Source of the DNA: an uncultured Pseudomonas sp.
GTDB lineage: Bacteria; Pseudomonadota; Gammaproteobacteria; Pseudomonadales; Pseudomonadaceae
DNA: 64,000 nt
Assembly: GCA_964453495.1 (NCBI GenBank)
Contig: CAYVPI010000005.1
Location: 23,835-87,834 of the forward strand
Direction of reading: 5' to 3'
Under the pieces are notes generated by a model. The model had not been told where the DNA came from, searched no databases, and saw only the letters and a program-made list of their open reading frames with translations. Both the position numbers and the translations under genes were made by a program. Numbering within the stretch: position 1 is the stretch's first letter; each line of letters begins with the position of its first letter. Below, in pieces: positions 28,510 through 37,221 of the stretch.

Positions 28510-29169
28510 TTACTGCTTAGTAAGGGTTGCCTCGTTCGTGGTCAGCCAGCCGCTGCACTTTTTGATGAGTGAGGTAGCGCTGATAAGGGTGAGCGAGCAG
28601 TTAATGCTTCCCCCATCAACCGGATAAGAAAGTACTTTTCCATTTGCTGCTCCACTGCCACTGCCGTGGGTGGAGGTGCCTCCTGCAATGTGAACCTGTG
28701 AAATTTGGTAGTGATTGTTGCCGGTCGGAGTCACTGTCACAGTCATATCCTGAGAGAATCCAAAGCTGTTGCTACCAGTCCCTGCCCACGTACCAGAAAA
28801 GTCATCCTTTGGAACTTTGCTTTCCGCAGCTGTGCCTTTTGGATCCTTATCAACCTGGCTGCAGATGGAACAGCCGCGGTAGGTCACAGACTTTTGGGTG
28901 ATAGGGCTGGTACCGAAAAGGCTTTCGGATTCTTTGCTTTTATTCACCAATAGTGTCTGGTGCGGGGTGCCATCGACGTAGTACTCCACTTTGGAGCACG
29001 CTTTTTCTGAACTGTGCACTTCGATTTCCGCGCCAAAACTTGGCTTAGAGCCGTAGCTCTTAATGAAGTCGATCGCTCCGCTGCATTGCCCGACAATCTT
29101 TTGGCAATCGCATTGCTCGGCAAGGGCTGCAGAGGAGGCGAGCAGTAGTATGAGAAGTGTTGTTCGCAC
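28510..29169 (-). CDS. Exported Cys-rich accessory protein
   Basis: GTG start 7 nt after AGGAG; signal peptide MRTTLLILLLASSAALA; multiple Cys. Confidence 0.7.
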   Translation of the reverse strand: MRTTLLILLLASSAALAEQCDCQKIVGQCSGAIDFIKSYGSKPSFGAEIEVHSSEKACSKVEYYVDGTPHQTLLVNKSKESESLFGTSPITQKSVTYRGCSICSQVDKDPKGTAAESKVPKDDFSGTWAGTGSNSFGFSQDMTVTVTPTGNNHYQISQVHIAGGTSTHGSGSGAANGKVLSYPVDGGSINCSLTLISATSLIKKCSGWLTTNEATLTKQ

Positions 29170-29533
29170 GTTGACGCTCCTGCGGGTGATGGCAATTGGC
29201 CTCTTGCAATTGTAGTTAGAGTCGTAATTTGTGCATCGCCACCAGTCGAGCACATAAAACTGTGGGCGGATCACGAACATCAACATGAAGTTCTATTTTG
29301 ATTTCCCGTCTGGCCCTGTCGCCAAGGCCAGCCAGTGAAATCTGGTGTTTCTCACCTAGGCCTGCTACTGGCAGCCACCTGGGCGAATCTCTCTATGTCA
29401 AAGAACTTGATCCAGTCGATCCCTCGCGGGGCTGGGAGATCATTTCGCTGATCCCGGGCTATCTGGCGGCTTCACCAGTCGTGTGGCGGGTCTCGTAAGG
29501 CCCTGGCGCGGCGTGTGTCGCTGCGATGGATTA

Positions 29534-29575
29534 AATATCACGCAATGTGTTTATTTAGTCAACACACATTGTGAT
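29534..29575 (-). promoter_or_regulatory. PL promoter with two operators (OL)
   Basis: TTGACT-17-GATATT on the minus strand; operators ATCACGCAATGTGTT (29537-29551) and AACACACATTGTGAT (29561-29575). Confidence 0.8.
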
Positions 29576-29636
29576 TTAAATTTTTGTTTGACGCTCTCCA
29601 CTCCCCGTCCACGTTGCGATATGATTTTTCGACATC

Positions 29637-29652
29637 CTGTATGGATACACAG
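29637..29652 (+). promoter_or_regulatory. LexA (SOS) box
   Basis: CTGTATGGATACACAG matches CTGT-N8-ACAG, 17 bp upstream of the ATG at 29670. Confidence 0.8.
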
Positions 29653-29669
29653 CATTCAAGGAGCAGCTG

Positions 29670-29984
29670 ATGGACAAGGTGCAAAAGCGAAAGCAACAGG
29701 AGAGGGTAGAGCTGACGGGGCTGGAGCGGCTTGGCCTAAGGGTTTCCGCGATGATCAATTCACCGGTCGCGCAGATTCAACGCTGGGTAACGATTCATCG
29801 CCTGGACACGGATGGAGACCAAGAGTGGGAGGAGGTGATGGGACTTCTTTCCGAGACGGATGACCTGGAGATGACTTTCAATGATGACGAGTCGGTGACG
29901 CTCAAGTGGGAGAGGCCGACTGACGAGGACCGTGTAGTGGAGGGAAATGAGTTTGGTGAAGTGGAGGAGCCTGCGCCGTTTTGA
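29670..29984 (+). CDS. DUF1654-like protein
   Basis: ERLGLRV..MINSP.AQ motif recalled from Pseudomonas prophage DUF1654; AAGGAG RBS. Confidence 0.75.
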   Translation: MDKVQKRKQQERVELTGLERLGLRVSAMINSPVAQIQRWVTIHRLDTDGDQEWEEVMGLLSETDDLEMTFNDDESVTLKWERPTDEDRVVEGNEFGEVEEPAPF

Positions 29985-30015
29985 GGAGCGAAGCCCGCAC
30001 CGATTCGCAGGTAAC

Positions 30016-30040
30016 AACAAGCCCGCGAGCGGGCTTGTTT
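30016..30040. terminator. Bidirectional hairpin terminator
   Basis: AACAAGCCCGC-GA-GCGGGCTTGTT between convergent genes. Confidence 0.7.
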
Positions 30041-30055
30041 CAGGTGGCATTTCTG

Positions 30056-30391
30056 CTATGCCTTCCTGTCGTTTTGGTTGGACAAACATGCACGAAAGTA
30101 AATATCTCGAAAATCAGTCACTGCTTTTTCCTGATATTCTTCGGTTCCGTATCTGTTTACCTTATAAGCTTCATCTATCAGAAGCTTGAACAGCTTGTTC
30201 GTGTAATCGTCTCCCTCGACGGTTTTATACATTTTCGCCATTGGAACACCGCGTTGTCGTGCTTTCATCACCGACTCAGCTATTGCATCAATCCGTTCGC
30301 ATTCACTGGGTTCCTTTTTTTCGGTATCCGCGACCGTAAAATTTGCCCACATGATGCAGATCAATGAGAGCGCAGAAGTAGTTCTTAGCAC
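30056..30391 (-). CDS. Small exported accessory protein
   Basis: Signal-like N-terminus, two Cys in the mature part, GGAGG RBS. Confidence 0.7.
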   Translation of the reverse strand: MLRTTSALSLICIMWANFTVADTEKKEPSECERIDAIAESVMKARQRGVPMAKMYKTVEGDDYTNKLFKLLIDEAYKVNRYGTEEYQEKAVTDFRDIYFRACLSNQNDRKA

Positions 30392-30592
30392 AGGGTTCCC
30401 TCCAGTGAATTGAGTGAGGACTTTACCATTAATGGCTTATGGCTACTATTGCAGCAATGGAGAAAAAGAAGCCCGCACGGGGCGGGCTCTTTGGCTGAAG
30501 GGGAGGGGAAAACCTTCGGCAGCAAGCAGTGTAGGCCAAGCGGGGAAGGGCGCCAGGCAGAATGAAAAAGCCCGGCGCTGGGACTGGAATCG

Positions 30593-31069
30593 TTAAAATT
30601 TTGCCTTGGATTGTTTAATGAAGCCAAGGAAATCTATGCATAGAGTAGGCGGCTTTTTAGTTGCGCACACTGCTGGAATTTTGTATTTCGATAAGGCCTT
30701 TGGAAGGTCAATCTGTACTTTCTCGTTTGACACAAGATTGATTCCGTTAGACTCGGCGGTGGCTATAATAATGAGGTCATTTTCACCTACACCCACACCG
30801 TATCGTTCTCCTTGAATCCCAAGCATATCCTTTAGACGCGCTGCACACATTAGGATCGCTGTAGATGGATGAAGTATTGATATTTCATTATCATTCATCC
30901 ATTTTCCGCATTCTGGGGTTTTGTGGCAAACCTCTTCGTAGGCGGCAAGGGGGATAGATATCGCACCTAAAAGTGCCTGATTCGCGAGCCATTCCCAAAG
31001 CCCAGGGAACTGGTCTTTAGGATAATTATCCCAGGCATAAATCATGGAGGAAGCATCAAGCGCCCACAT
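30593..31069 (-). CDS. PIN-like protein (DUF4411-like), putative toxin
   Basis: LDASSMI...FPGLWEWL...DLIIIATA...VSNE...KIPAVC pattern. Confidence 0.8.
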   Translation of the reverse strand: MWALDASSMIYAWDNYPKDQFPGLWEWLANQALLGAISIPLAAYEEVCHKTPECGKWMNDNEISILHPSTAILMCAARLKDMLGIQGERYGVGVGENDLIIIATAESNGINLVSNEKVQIDLPKALSKYKIPAVCATKKPPTLCIDFLGFIKQSKAKF

Positions 31070-32201
31070 AATATCCCTTAAGGTCGTGTATATCCTTTAC
31101 CTTGATCCCATCAAGATAGCTACTCGCTTTAGATAGCGAGATGTTTTTCGCTGTTAGCGAATCAAGAACTACCTTTACAAAACCGTCCCCAAAAATATGT
31201 TTTGGTTCCCTGTAGCGATAGCCACGGCTGCCTCCACCTTCAGACTCAGGCAGTTTCAGATTGCTTCTCCATGCACGGTAGGCGCCATAGTCGTCTCCAC
31301 TAATACGCCCCGCGTCGAGCAGCCTCCTGAGGATTACCTCGCCGCTGACTCCCCATCGCTTTCTGTGCAGAGAAAGCCATTCGTCAAACTCAGAAACGTC
31401 CTGAGGCTTATTTTTGTCGTTAATTGAGTCAAGAAAACTATCCGGCACCAGCAAACATCCAGCAAACTCATTTGCTTCCCGCTCTGACCCACTGCTATGG
31501 TGAAAGTCTGAATCATCATCGATTGAGCTTGTTTTATGCATGAGAATGTGGCCGAGCTCATGCATTAAAGTGAATGTCTGCAGAGTTTCCCAGTATTGTT
31601 TTTTTACTAAAATTAATGGGCATTTATTGTCATAAAGCGAGAAGCCTAGCACTGGGTTGTCTTTAGCTATTTGCCATGCTCCGTTATATCCGTTACTTCT
31701 AAATACAAGAATTCCTTTTCTTTCTACAGCAGCACGATACTGTTCAAAGCTGCTCTCATTCGATAAATTAAGCCATTCTCTAGCTTTTTTTGCTGCTTCG
31801 CGTGGCTGTCTTGGTAACGATGGCGGCGCAAATGCACGATCATCCTCTGGGCTTATTTCTTCGAGGAGCCCTAGATATATATCCCTTTGGCGCTCCGCTC
31901 GCTCAATTAAAGCCCGAAGCTTCGCAGAAATTGTGGGCTTCTGGTTTGCGATACTTCGAAAAGCAGGGGTGTGTACCTTCGTCGAGTCAACAGGACCATT
32001 TTCCATGAAAAACAGTATTCCGCGACCGAAATGCTCGGCAACTTTCTTAAGCTGGTTGAAGGTTAGGCCGCGCTCTCCGGAGATGGTTTTTTCCAGAGTG
32101 GCTTCTGAAATGCCAGTCTCAAGAGCTAATTGAGACAGGGTTATTCCACTGTCTTCGCAGCACCAGGCGATCCTGCCATGATTGAATTCTATTCGCTCCA
32201 T
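31056..32201 (-). CDS. XRE-HTH plus ImmA/IrrE (M78) zinc metallopeptidase
   Basis: N-terminal HTH, FTLMHELGH (HExxH), EREANEFAG. Confidence 0.9.
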   Translation of the reverse strand: MERIEFNHGRIAWCCEDSGITLSQLALETGISEATLEKTISGERGLTFNQLKKVAEHFGRGILFFMENGPVDSTKVHTPAFRSIANQKPTISAKLRALIERAERQRDIYLGLLEEISPEDDRAFAPPSLPRQPREAAKKAREWLNLSNESSFEQYRAAVERKGILVFRSNGYNGAWQIAKDNPVLGFSLYDNKCPLILVKKQYWETLQTFTLMHELGHILMHKTSSIDDDSDFHHSSGSEREANEFAGCLLVPDSFLDSINDKNKPQDVSEFDEWLSLHRKRWGVSGEVILRRLLDAGRISGDDYGAYRAWRSNLKLPESEGGGSRGYRYREPKHIFGDGFVKVVLDSLTAKNISLSKASSYLDGIKVKDIHDLKGYYVGA

Positions 32202-32312
32202 TTCCCTTAACCCTTAGGTTGCCCCCCTATAAGACAAAACTCAGTTTACGCACCAGCCGATCTGCCGTCGAATTCACCTGACCATCAACCTATAAATCCC
32301 CGCCGCGCCAGA

Positions 32313-32552
32313 TCACTCAGCCTTCCCCCGCACAATCCTGCCCACCCGAACCTCATCGGCATACTCAGTCAGCTTGTCCTCGGTCTCCTGAAGCGCTTGG
32401 GCAATCCGCATTAGCTCTTCTGCCTCGACTTCATTTCCGGCCTCAACCATTCGCTTGACCGCTTTGTACAGATCCAGGCTGGACCACTTGAGCAGGTCAG
32501 CTGCTTGTTTGAGATCGTGTCTGAGTTCTTGGTTCGGCTGAGTGACTGTCAT
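32313..32552 (-). CDS. Small helical protein (copy 3 of putative family)
   Basis: 79 aa, AGGAG RBS. Confidence 0.7.
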   Translation of the reverse strand: MTVTQPNQELRHDLKQAADLLKWSSLDLYKAVKRMVEAGNEVEAEELMRIAQALQETEDKLTEYADEVRVGRIVRGKAE

Positions 32553-32679
32553 TGTGATCTCCTGTGGATGGTTATCACGCCTGATGACTACATCTTGCGC
32601 GCATTCCAGTCCGGCAGCACTCTACTCAGCTTTGTCCCGCCTCACCTCATCCGCATAACCCGCCAGCTGATTTATATCC

Positions 32680-32883
32680 TCAATGGAAAACCCTGCGACT
32701 CTCTCCAATCCTGATCCGATCAAGCGCCCGGTTTAATGCGTCCAAGGCATCGAGTAGAGCTTTCGCCTCAGCTTCCCGACCATCTCCCCATAGGCGTTCA
32801 GCCATTTTGTTCAGGGCTTGGATAGAGCGCTCAATTTCAGCAGCAGTCACTGCTGCTTTACTGTCCGTCAGCTTCTTCTTCAT
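32680..32883 (-). CDS. Small helical protein (copy 2 of putative family)
   Basis: 67 aa from MKKKLTD (start re-called). Confidence 0.6.
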   Translation of the reverse strand: MKKKLTDSKAAVTAAEIERSIQALNKMAERLWGDGREAEAKALLDALDALNRALDRIRIGESRRVFH

Positions 32884-32959
32884 CGAGTAACCGGTTGCAA
32901 GGCCTTCTTTGTATTTCAGTATCTGGCGCGAATACACCTGCCAGTCGATCCTGTAGGGC

Positions 32960-33148
32960 TCAGCGCGCCGCAGCGACTCGTAACGCAATCGCAGCTTCAA
33001 GAATCTTGTGTGCCTGAGCCAAGACAATCTCAGCCAATTCATCACTTCCAGCTTCTTTGAGAGCGTCCACCACATCGAGCAGTCTCTCCACCTCGGCCTC
33101 AATGGTGTGGATGGATTCGCCTATCTGGTAACGAAGTGAGTGCGCCAT
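32960..33148 (-). CDS. Small helical protein (copy 1 of putative family)
   Basis: 62 aa from MAHSLR, with GAGG upstream. Confidence 0.6.
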   Translation of the reverse strand: MAHSLRYQIGESIHTIEAEVERLLDVVDALKEAGSDELAEIVLAQAHKILEAAIALRVAAAR

Positions 33149-33212
33149 TTCGATCAACCCTCAAGCCAGATCGACTACAAATCCCTGCCGCACCAAATCG
33201 CCCGGCCCAGCC

Positions 33213-34076
33213 TCACAGTTTCTGCGCATTCCAGACCAGGAGAACCTTGGCGTGGATCGTCACGTCGTCGATCCGTGCGGTCTGATTCTCGTAGTGTCTG
33301 TTATCCGAGATCATCCGGTAGTGATCCTCGTCAACCATCTGCAGGCGCTTGATATACAGCAGCCCGTGCCAGGTGATCACATAGATGCCTTCACCGATGA
33401 ACTCATTGACGCCGCGATCTACAACTACCGGGTCCTTGTCGTTGATCGTCCCCTCCATGCTCTGGCCCCAGCCAGTGATGACGGCCAAGGCCGCTGTCGA
33501 GGTGTAGGTGACGCCTTTCTCACGAAGCACTTCTTCCCGAACGATCAGGTTGCGGATGGCCTCGTTGTAGTCGGCCGGCACCTGGCCGTGCCCCATCGCG
33601 CCGCGAATATCGTACTGAGGGATCAGAATTTCATCGGGTCTCGCCCTGAGCCCGGAGAGGTCAGCAGGAATGACGTTGCTGTCTTCTTCGCTTGTATTTT
33701 CGGCGACCGCAAGAATTTTGTTTTTGAGGTGCTCTGAAAGGCTGCCATTTTTCTCAAGCATTTCGCGGACTATGTCGGTCGCCGAGGTCTTCTTCGGTGT
33801 AGCGGTCAGGCCGACGTTTGCAGGGAGGGGCGAATTGCCAGAAATGCTGGAACGGTGACTCTCGTCAACAATAATCATTGGCAATACATCGGAAAACTGA
33901 ACTCCCAATGCTTTAGCCATAGCGTCGATATCAGCAAGCGTGGGTTCTCGCGTACCAACCTCATAATTGCCCACGCGCGACTGCGACTTCCACCCGCAAG
34001 CCTCCGCCAGCTGCGCCTGGGACATTTTTGCTGCTTTCCGCAAGCGCTTGATGCGCTGACCTAATGATTCATTCAT
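33213..34076 (-). CDS. cI: CI-like repressor (XRE HTH plus S24 peptidase)
   Basis: MSQAQLAEACGW...VGNYE HTH; GQSM Ser and IKRL Lys of S24; divergent from cro. Confidence 0.93.
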   Translation of the reverse strand: MNESLGQRIKRLRKAAKMSQAQLAEACGWKSQSRVGNYEVGTREPTLADIDAMAKALGVQFSDVLPMIIVDESHRSSISGNSPLPANVGLTATPKKTSATDIVREMLEKNGSLSEHLKNKILAVAENTSEEDSNVIPADLSGLRARPDEILIPQYDIRGAMGHGQVPADYNEAIRNLIVREEVLREKGVTYTSTAALAVITGWGQSMEGTINDKDPVVVDRGVNEFIGEGIYVITWHGLLYIKRLQMVDEDHYRMISDNRHYENQTARIDDVTIHAKVLLVWNAQKL

Positions 34077-34088
34077 GCGCGGGATTCA

Positions 34089-34154
34089 ATCACGAATTGA
34101 AATACCCGGCTTTCACTTATTGTGATTGCATATAACACGTTACGTGTTTATCCT
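34089..34154. promoter_or_regulatory. OR region: three operators and PR
   Basis: ATCACGAATTGAAAT (34089), TTCACTTATTGTGAT (34112), AACACGTTACGTGTT (34134); PR is TTGCAT-17-TATCCT. Confidence 0.8.
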
Positions 34155-34178
34155 GTGATTAACAATGGAGGGCACCAC

Positions 34179-34403
34179 ATGAATCAAGTCCGAACGATCC
34201 GCGAAAGGGCTGGCATAACTCAAGCCGCACTGCGTCGGGCGCTCGGCTGGAATCAGTCCCGGCTGGCTAACTACGAATCCGGCCTACGAAGCCCTGGGCT
34301 CAGCGAGGCACGACTGATTGTGAAGGCCTTGAACGCTCTCGGTGCGAAGTGCGCGCTCGATGACGTTTTCCCTCCTGAAAAACAGCCTTTAACCGCCGCA
34401 TAA
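34179..34403 (+). CDS. cro: Cro-like HTH regulator
   Basis: ITQAALRRALGWNQSRLANYE; GGAGG RBS; start re-called. Confidence 0.88.
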   Translation: MNQVRTIRERAGITQAALRRALGWNQSRLANYESGLRSPGLSEARLIVKALNALGAKCALDDVFPPEKQPLTAA

Positions 34404-34432
34404 CCAATTCCAACAGCCAGGAGCACCACTGC

Positions 34433-34621
34433 ATGTACGCCAACCCCAAACACCTACATGACCGCGAGATCAAGGTCCGGGTCGACGAGGACACGTTCGA
34501 GCTGATCCAGGCACTCGCCAAGTTTCACCGAACACAACGCGCCGTTCTTTGCCGTGAATTGCTGGAAGCACAACTTGTCGCCCTGGCTGCCGAGGATACA
34601 GGCGAGCACAACGCGGCTTGA
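34433..34621 (+). CDS. Small phage regulator (ribbon-helix-helix-like, cII position)
   Basis: IKVRVDE strand followed by two helices; AGGAG RBS. Confidence 0.65.
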   Translation: MYANPKHLHDREIKVRVDEDTFELIQALAKFHRTQRAVLCRELLEAQLVALAAEDTGEHNAA

Positions 34622-34639
34622 AGGCCCGAAGGAGGCCCC

Positions 34640-34825
34640 ATGCCTATCGAAGAGGTCCAGTTTGACCTGGACCAGCGACAGATGGATGAGCTTGAGCGGG
34701 AAGCAGAGAGAAGGGGAGTGACCCCGGAAGACCTAGCCGCCGAGTTGATGCGTCGAGAGCTGGCCATCAGGACCAAACCCCGAAAACCAAGGGGAACTGT
34801 AACGCCGTTCCATCGCAAGGCCTGA
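34640..34825 (+). CDS. Phage hypothetical protein
   Basis: 61 aa with AGGAGG RBS. Confidence 0.65.
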   Translation: MPIEEVQFDLDQRQMDELEREAERRGVTPEDLAAELMRRELAIRTKPRKPRGTVTPFHRKA

Positions 34826-34848
34826 ACAGGCCCTCAAGAGTAACTGCC

Positions 34849-35046
34849 ATGTCGCGCAAGCAACTCACAGATGACGATTACGCAGGCATGGCAAAAGCGG
34901 CCAAGGAGCTTACTCGTGGCCGTGAGAATTCAGTACGTGGAGAAATGAACAAGGCCCTGAGTGACTACTACAGGGCCTTATCGGTGCGTCAATCGGTTGC
35001 AGCCGAGAAACGCGAAGAAAGCAACAACATCGAGACCACAGTATGA
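34849..35046 (+). CDS. Phage hypothetical protein
   Basis: 65 aa, ATGA overlap with the replication gene. Confidence 0.55.
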   Translation: MSRKQLTDDDYAGMAKAAKELTRGRENSVRGEMNKALSDYYRALSVRQSVAAEKREESNNIETTV

Positions 35047-35849
35047 GCAACATCATCCCACTTCGCAATACCGGGGGGTTCACCCGGATGGACAACGACC
35101 TGTATGAGGCCCTGATCGGGGCCGACTTGTCGGGGCGTGAGCTTCGCGTTGCCCTGGCAATCCACCGGCAGACCGCCGGATACAACCTTGAGGCCGCCCG
35201 CATTGCCGCATCCTTTATCGCTGAGATGTCCGGCATTCATCGCGAGGACGTTTCCCGGGCTATCTGTGAGCTGATCCGTCAGCGGGTCATCTACCGCACT
35301 GGAGGTAGTCGTAGCCCAATCGGTTTTGCGCCGGTCAATGAGTGGCGAATCGACAAGAAAAACACCCACGCGAGTAAGCCGAAAACAGTGCCACAGTGTG
35401 GCGTTTCCACCACGTCCAATGTGGCGTTTCTACCACACAATAAAGACATAAATACAAATACTACCTCTGACGAGGTAGTCGTCGACGCCGAGCGTCAACC
35501 GAAGCAGACCGAACTGCTTCCCGATCAACCACAGCGAATCAAACCCCAGGTGCAGGCTTGTCCTCACCAGGCCATTGTCGACCTGTATCACGAAATCCTT
35601 CCAGAACTGCCAGGCGTAGCCTTGATCAACAAGACCCGGCAGCAGCACCTGCAAGGCCGGTGGCGCGAAAGCGCAATTCACCGGGACCTGGGGTTCTGGC
35701 GTGATTACTTCTTGTCGGTGAAATCTTCCGATTTCCTGACCGGCAAGGTGCCTGGCCGTTTTGGTGGAAAGCCATTCCGCGCAACGTTCGACTGGCTGAT
35801 TGCCCCCTCCAATTTCGTCAAGGTCGTGGAGGGGAATTACCATGCGTGA
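35043..35849 (+). CDS. Replication initiator (lambda O-like N-terminus)
   Basis: GFTRMDN.L.EAL...LSGRELRV.LAI.RQT.GY and C-terminal ATFDWL...NF.KV.EGNY. Confidence 0.88.
   Translation: MSNIIPLRNTGGFTRMDNDLYEALIGADLSGRELRVALAIHRQTAGYNLEAARIAASFIAEMSGIHREDVSRAICELIRQRVIYRTGGSRSPIGFAPVNEWRIDKKNTHASKPKTVPQCGVSTTSNVAFLPHNKDINTNTTSDEVVVDAERQPKQTELLPDQPQRIKPQVQACPHQAIVDLYHEILPELPGVALINKTRQQHLQGRWRESAIHRDLGFWRDYFLSVKSSDFLTGKVPGRFGGKPFRATFDWLIAPSNFVKVVEGNYHA
35397..35462. repeat. Putative phage origin: two iterons plus A-rich tract within the initiator gene
   Basis: TGTGGCGTTTC(C/T)ACCAC at 35397 and 35420, followed by ACAATAAAGACATAAATACAAATA. Confidence 0.65.
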
Positions 35850-37221
35850 GCCCTACAGCGTCGAAGCCGAACATGGCCTGCTGGGTGCGATGCTCCAGCG
35901 CCCCGAGCTGATCGATACCCTGAGCGATGACCTGTCCGCTGAGTCGTTCTACTTCCCTGAGAACGCCGAGGTGTTTCGGGGAATCATGGCGGTTCGTTCT
36001 GGCCACCAGGCTGTCGACTACCTGACCGTCTCCGAGCACATCGGCGTCATGTCGAATGGCGATCGGGCTCTAGGCCATTGTGCTTCCCTGGTCGCAAATA
36101 CCCCAAGCGTGGCCAGTGCTGGGACCTACGCCGCAATCGTCCGTGAGCGCTCGGTGGAGCGTGCACTGTACGACCTGAGTAGCCACACCCTAGAGGTCGC
36201 TCAGAGTGATGCCGACCTGCAGAGCAAGATCGCAGCGGTGCAATCAGCCGCAATGGCCATCGATGCCGGCACCGGTGTGGACGAAGTCGTAAAGGCCAGT
36301 GATGTGTTGGTTCACCAGCTTGAGGTCTGGCAGGAGCGCCACGACCGCCATGCGCGCGGCGAAACCTTGATTGGCCTTTCCACCGGCCTGAAGGATCTGG
36401 ACGAGAAGCTGGGTGGCCTGCAGGACGAGCAGTTGATTATCATTGCCGGACGGCCTGCCATGGGAAAAACCACCTTGGCCATGGGCTTCGCCATAGACAT
36501 TGCCGTGCGCCAGGCAAAGTCGGCACTCGTGGTCAGCCTGGAAATGAGCAAAGGCCAGTTGCTGGACCGTGCCATAGCGTCCGAGGGCAAGATCCCGCTC
36601 AACCTGATCAAGAACGGCACCGCCTGCCAAAGCCATGGTGATTGCCTGAGCGTGGCCGTGGGCAATATCAAGAGGGCGAATCTGTTCATTGCCGATCGCG
36701 CCGGCGCAACTGTTGGCCGCATCCGCTCGCTGGCCCGTCGACACAAGATGCGCTACGGCCTGGACTTCCTGATGATCGACTACCTGCAGTTAATGGAGGG
36801 CGAGGGCGGTAACCGTACGGAAGAAGTCAGCAGCATCAGCCGGGGCTGCAAGCTGCTCGCCCGCGAGCTTGGCATCCCAGTCGTCCTGCTCAGTCAGCTT
36901 TCCCGGAAGTGCGAAGAACGCCCTAACAAACGCCCGGTTCCGTCTGACCTGCGCGAGTCCGGTGCCATTGAGCAGGATGCCGATGTGATCCTCTTCGTAT
37001 ACCGAGACGAGGTCTACAACGAGCACTCCGAACACAAGGGCATTGCCGAGATCATTGTCGGCAAGGGTAGGGATGTTGAGACCGGAACTGTACGTGCCGC
37101 ATTCCTCGGTCAGTACAACCGCTTCGAGAACCTGGCGGCCGGGTGGAAAGCTGAACCTGTTGTACAGCCAGCGCCGAAGGTCACCAGTCTGGCCGAACGG
37201 TATCGCAAGGAGAAGCAATGA
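35842..37221 (+). CDS. DnaB-like replicative helicase
   Basis: GRPAMGKT, MIDYLQL and DLRESGAIEQDAD motifs. Start re-called at MREPYS. Confidence 0.95.
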   Translation: MREPYSVEAEHGLLGAMLQRPELIDTLSDDLSAESFYFPENAEVFRGIMAVRSGHQAVDYLTVSEHIGVMSNGDRALGHCASLVANTPSVASAGTYAAIVRERSVERALYDLSSHTLEVAQSDADLQSKIAAVQSAAMAIDAGTGVDEVVKASDVLVHQLEVWQERHDRHARGETLIGLSTGLKDLDEKLGGLQDEQLIIIAGRPAMGKTTLAMGFAIDIAVRQAKSALVVSLEMSKGQLLDRAIASEGKIPLNLIKNGTACQSHGDCLSVAVGNIKRANLFIADRAGATVGRIRSLARRHKMRYGLDFLMIDYLQLMEGEGGNRTEEVSSISRGCKLLARELGIPVVLLSQLSRKCEERPNKRPVPSDLRESGAIEQDADVILFVYRDEVYNEHSEHKGIAEIIVGKGRDVETGTVRAAFLGQYNRFENLAAGWKAEPVVQPAPKVTSLAERYRKEKQ

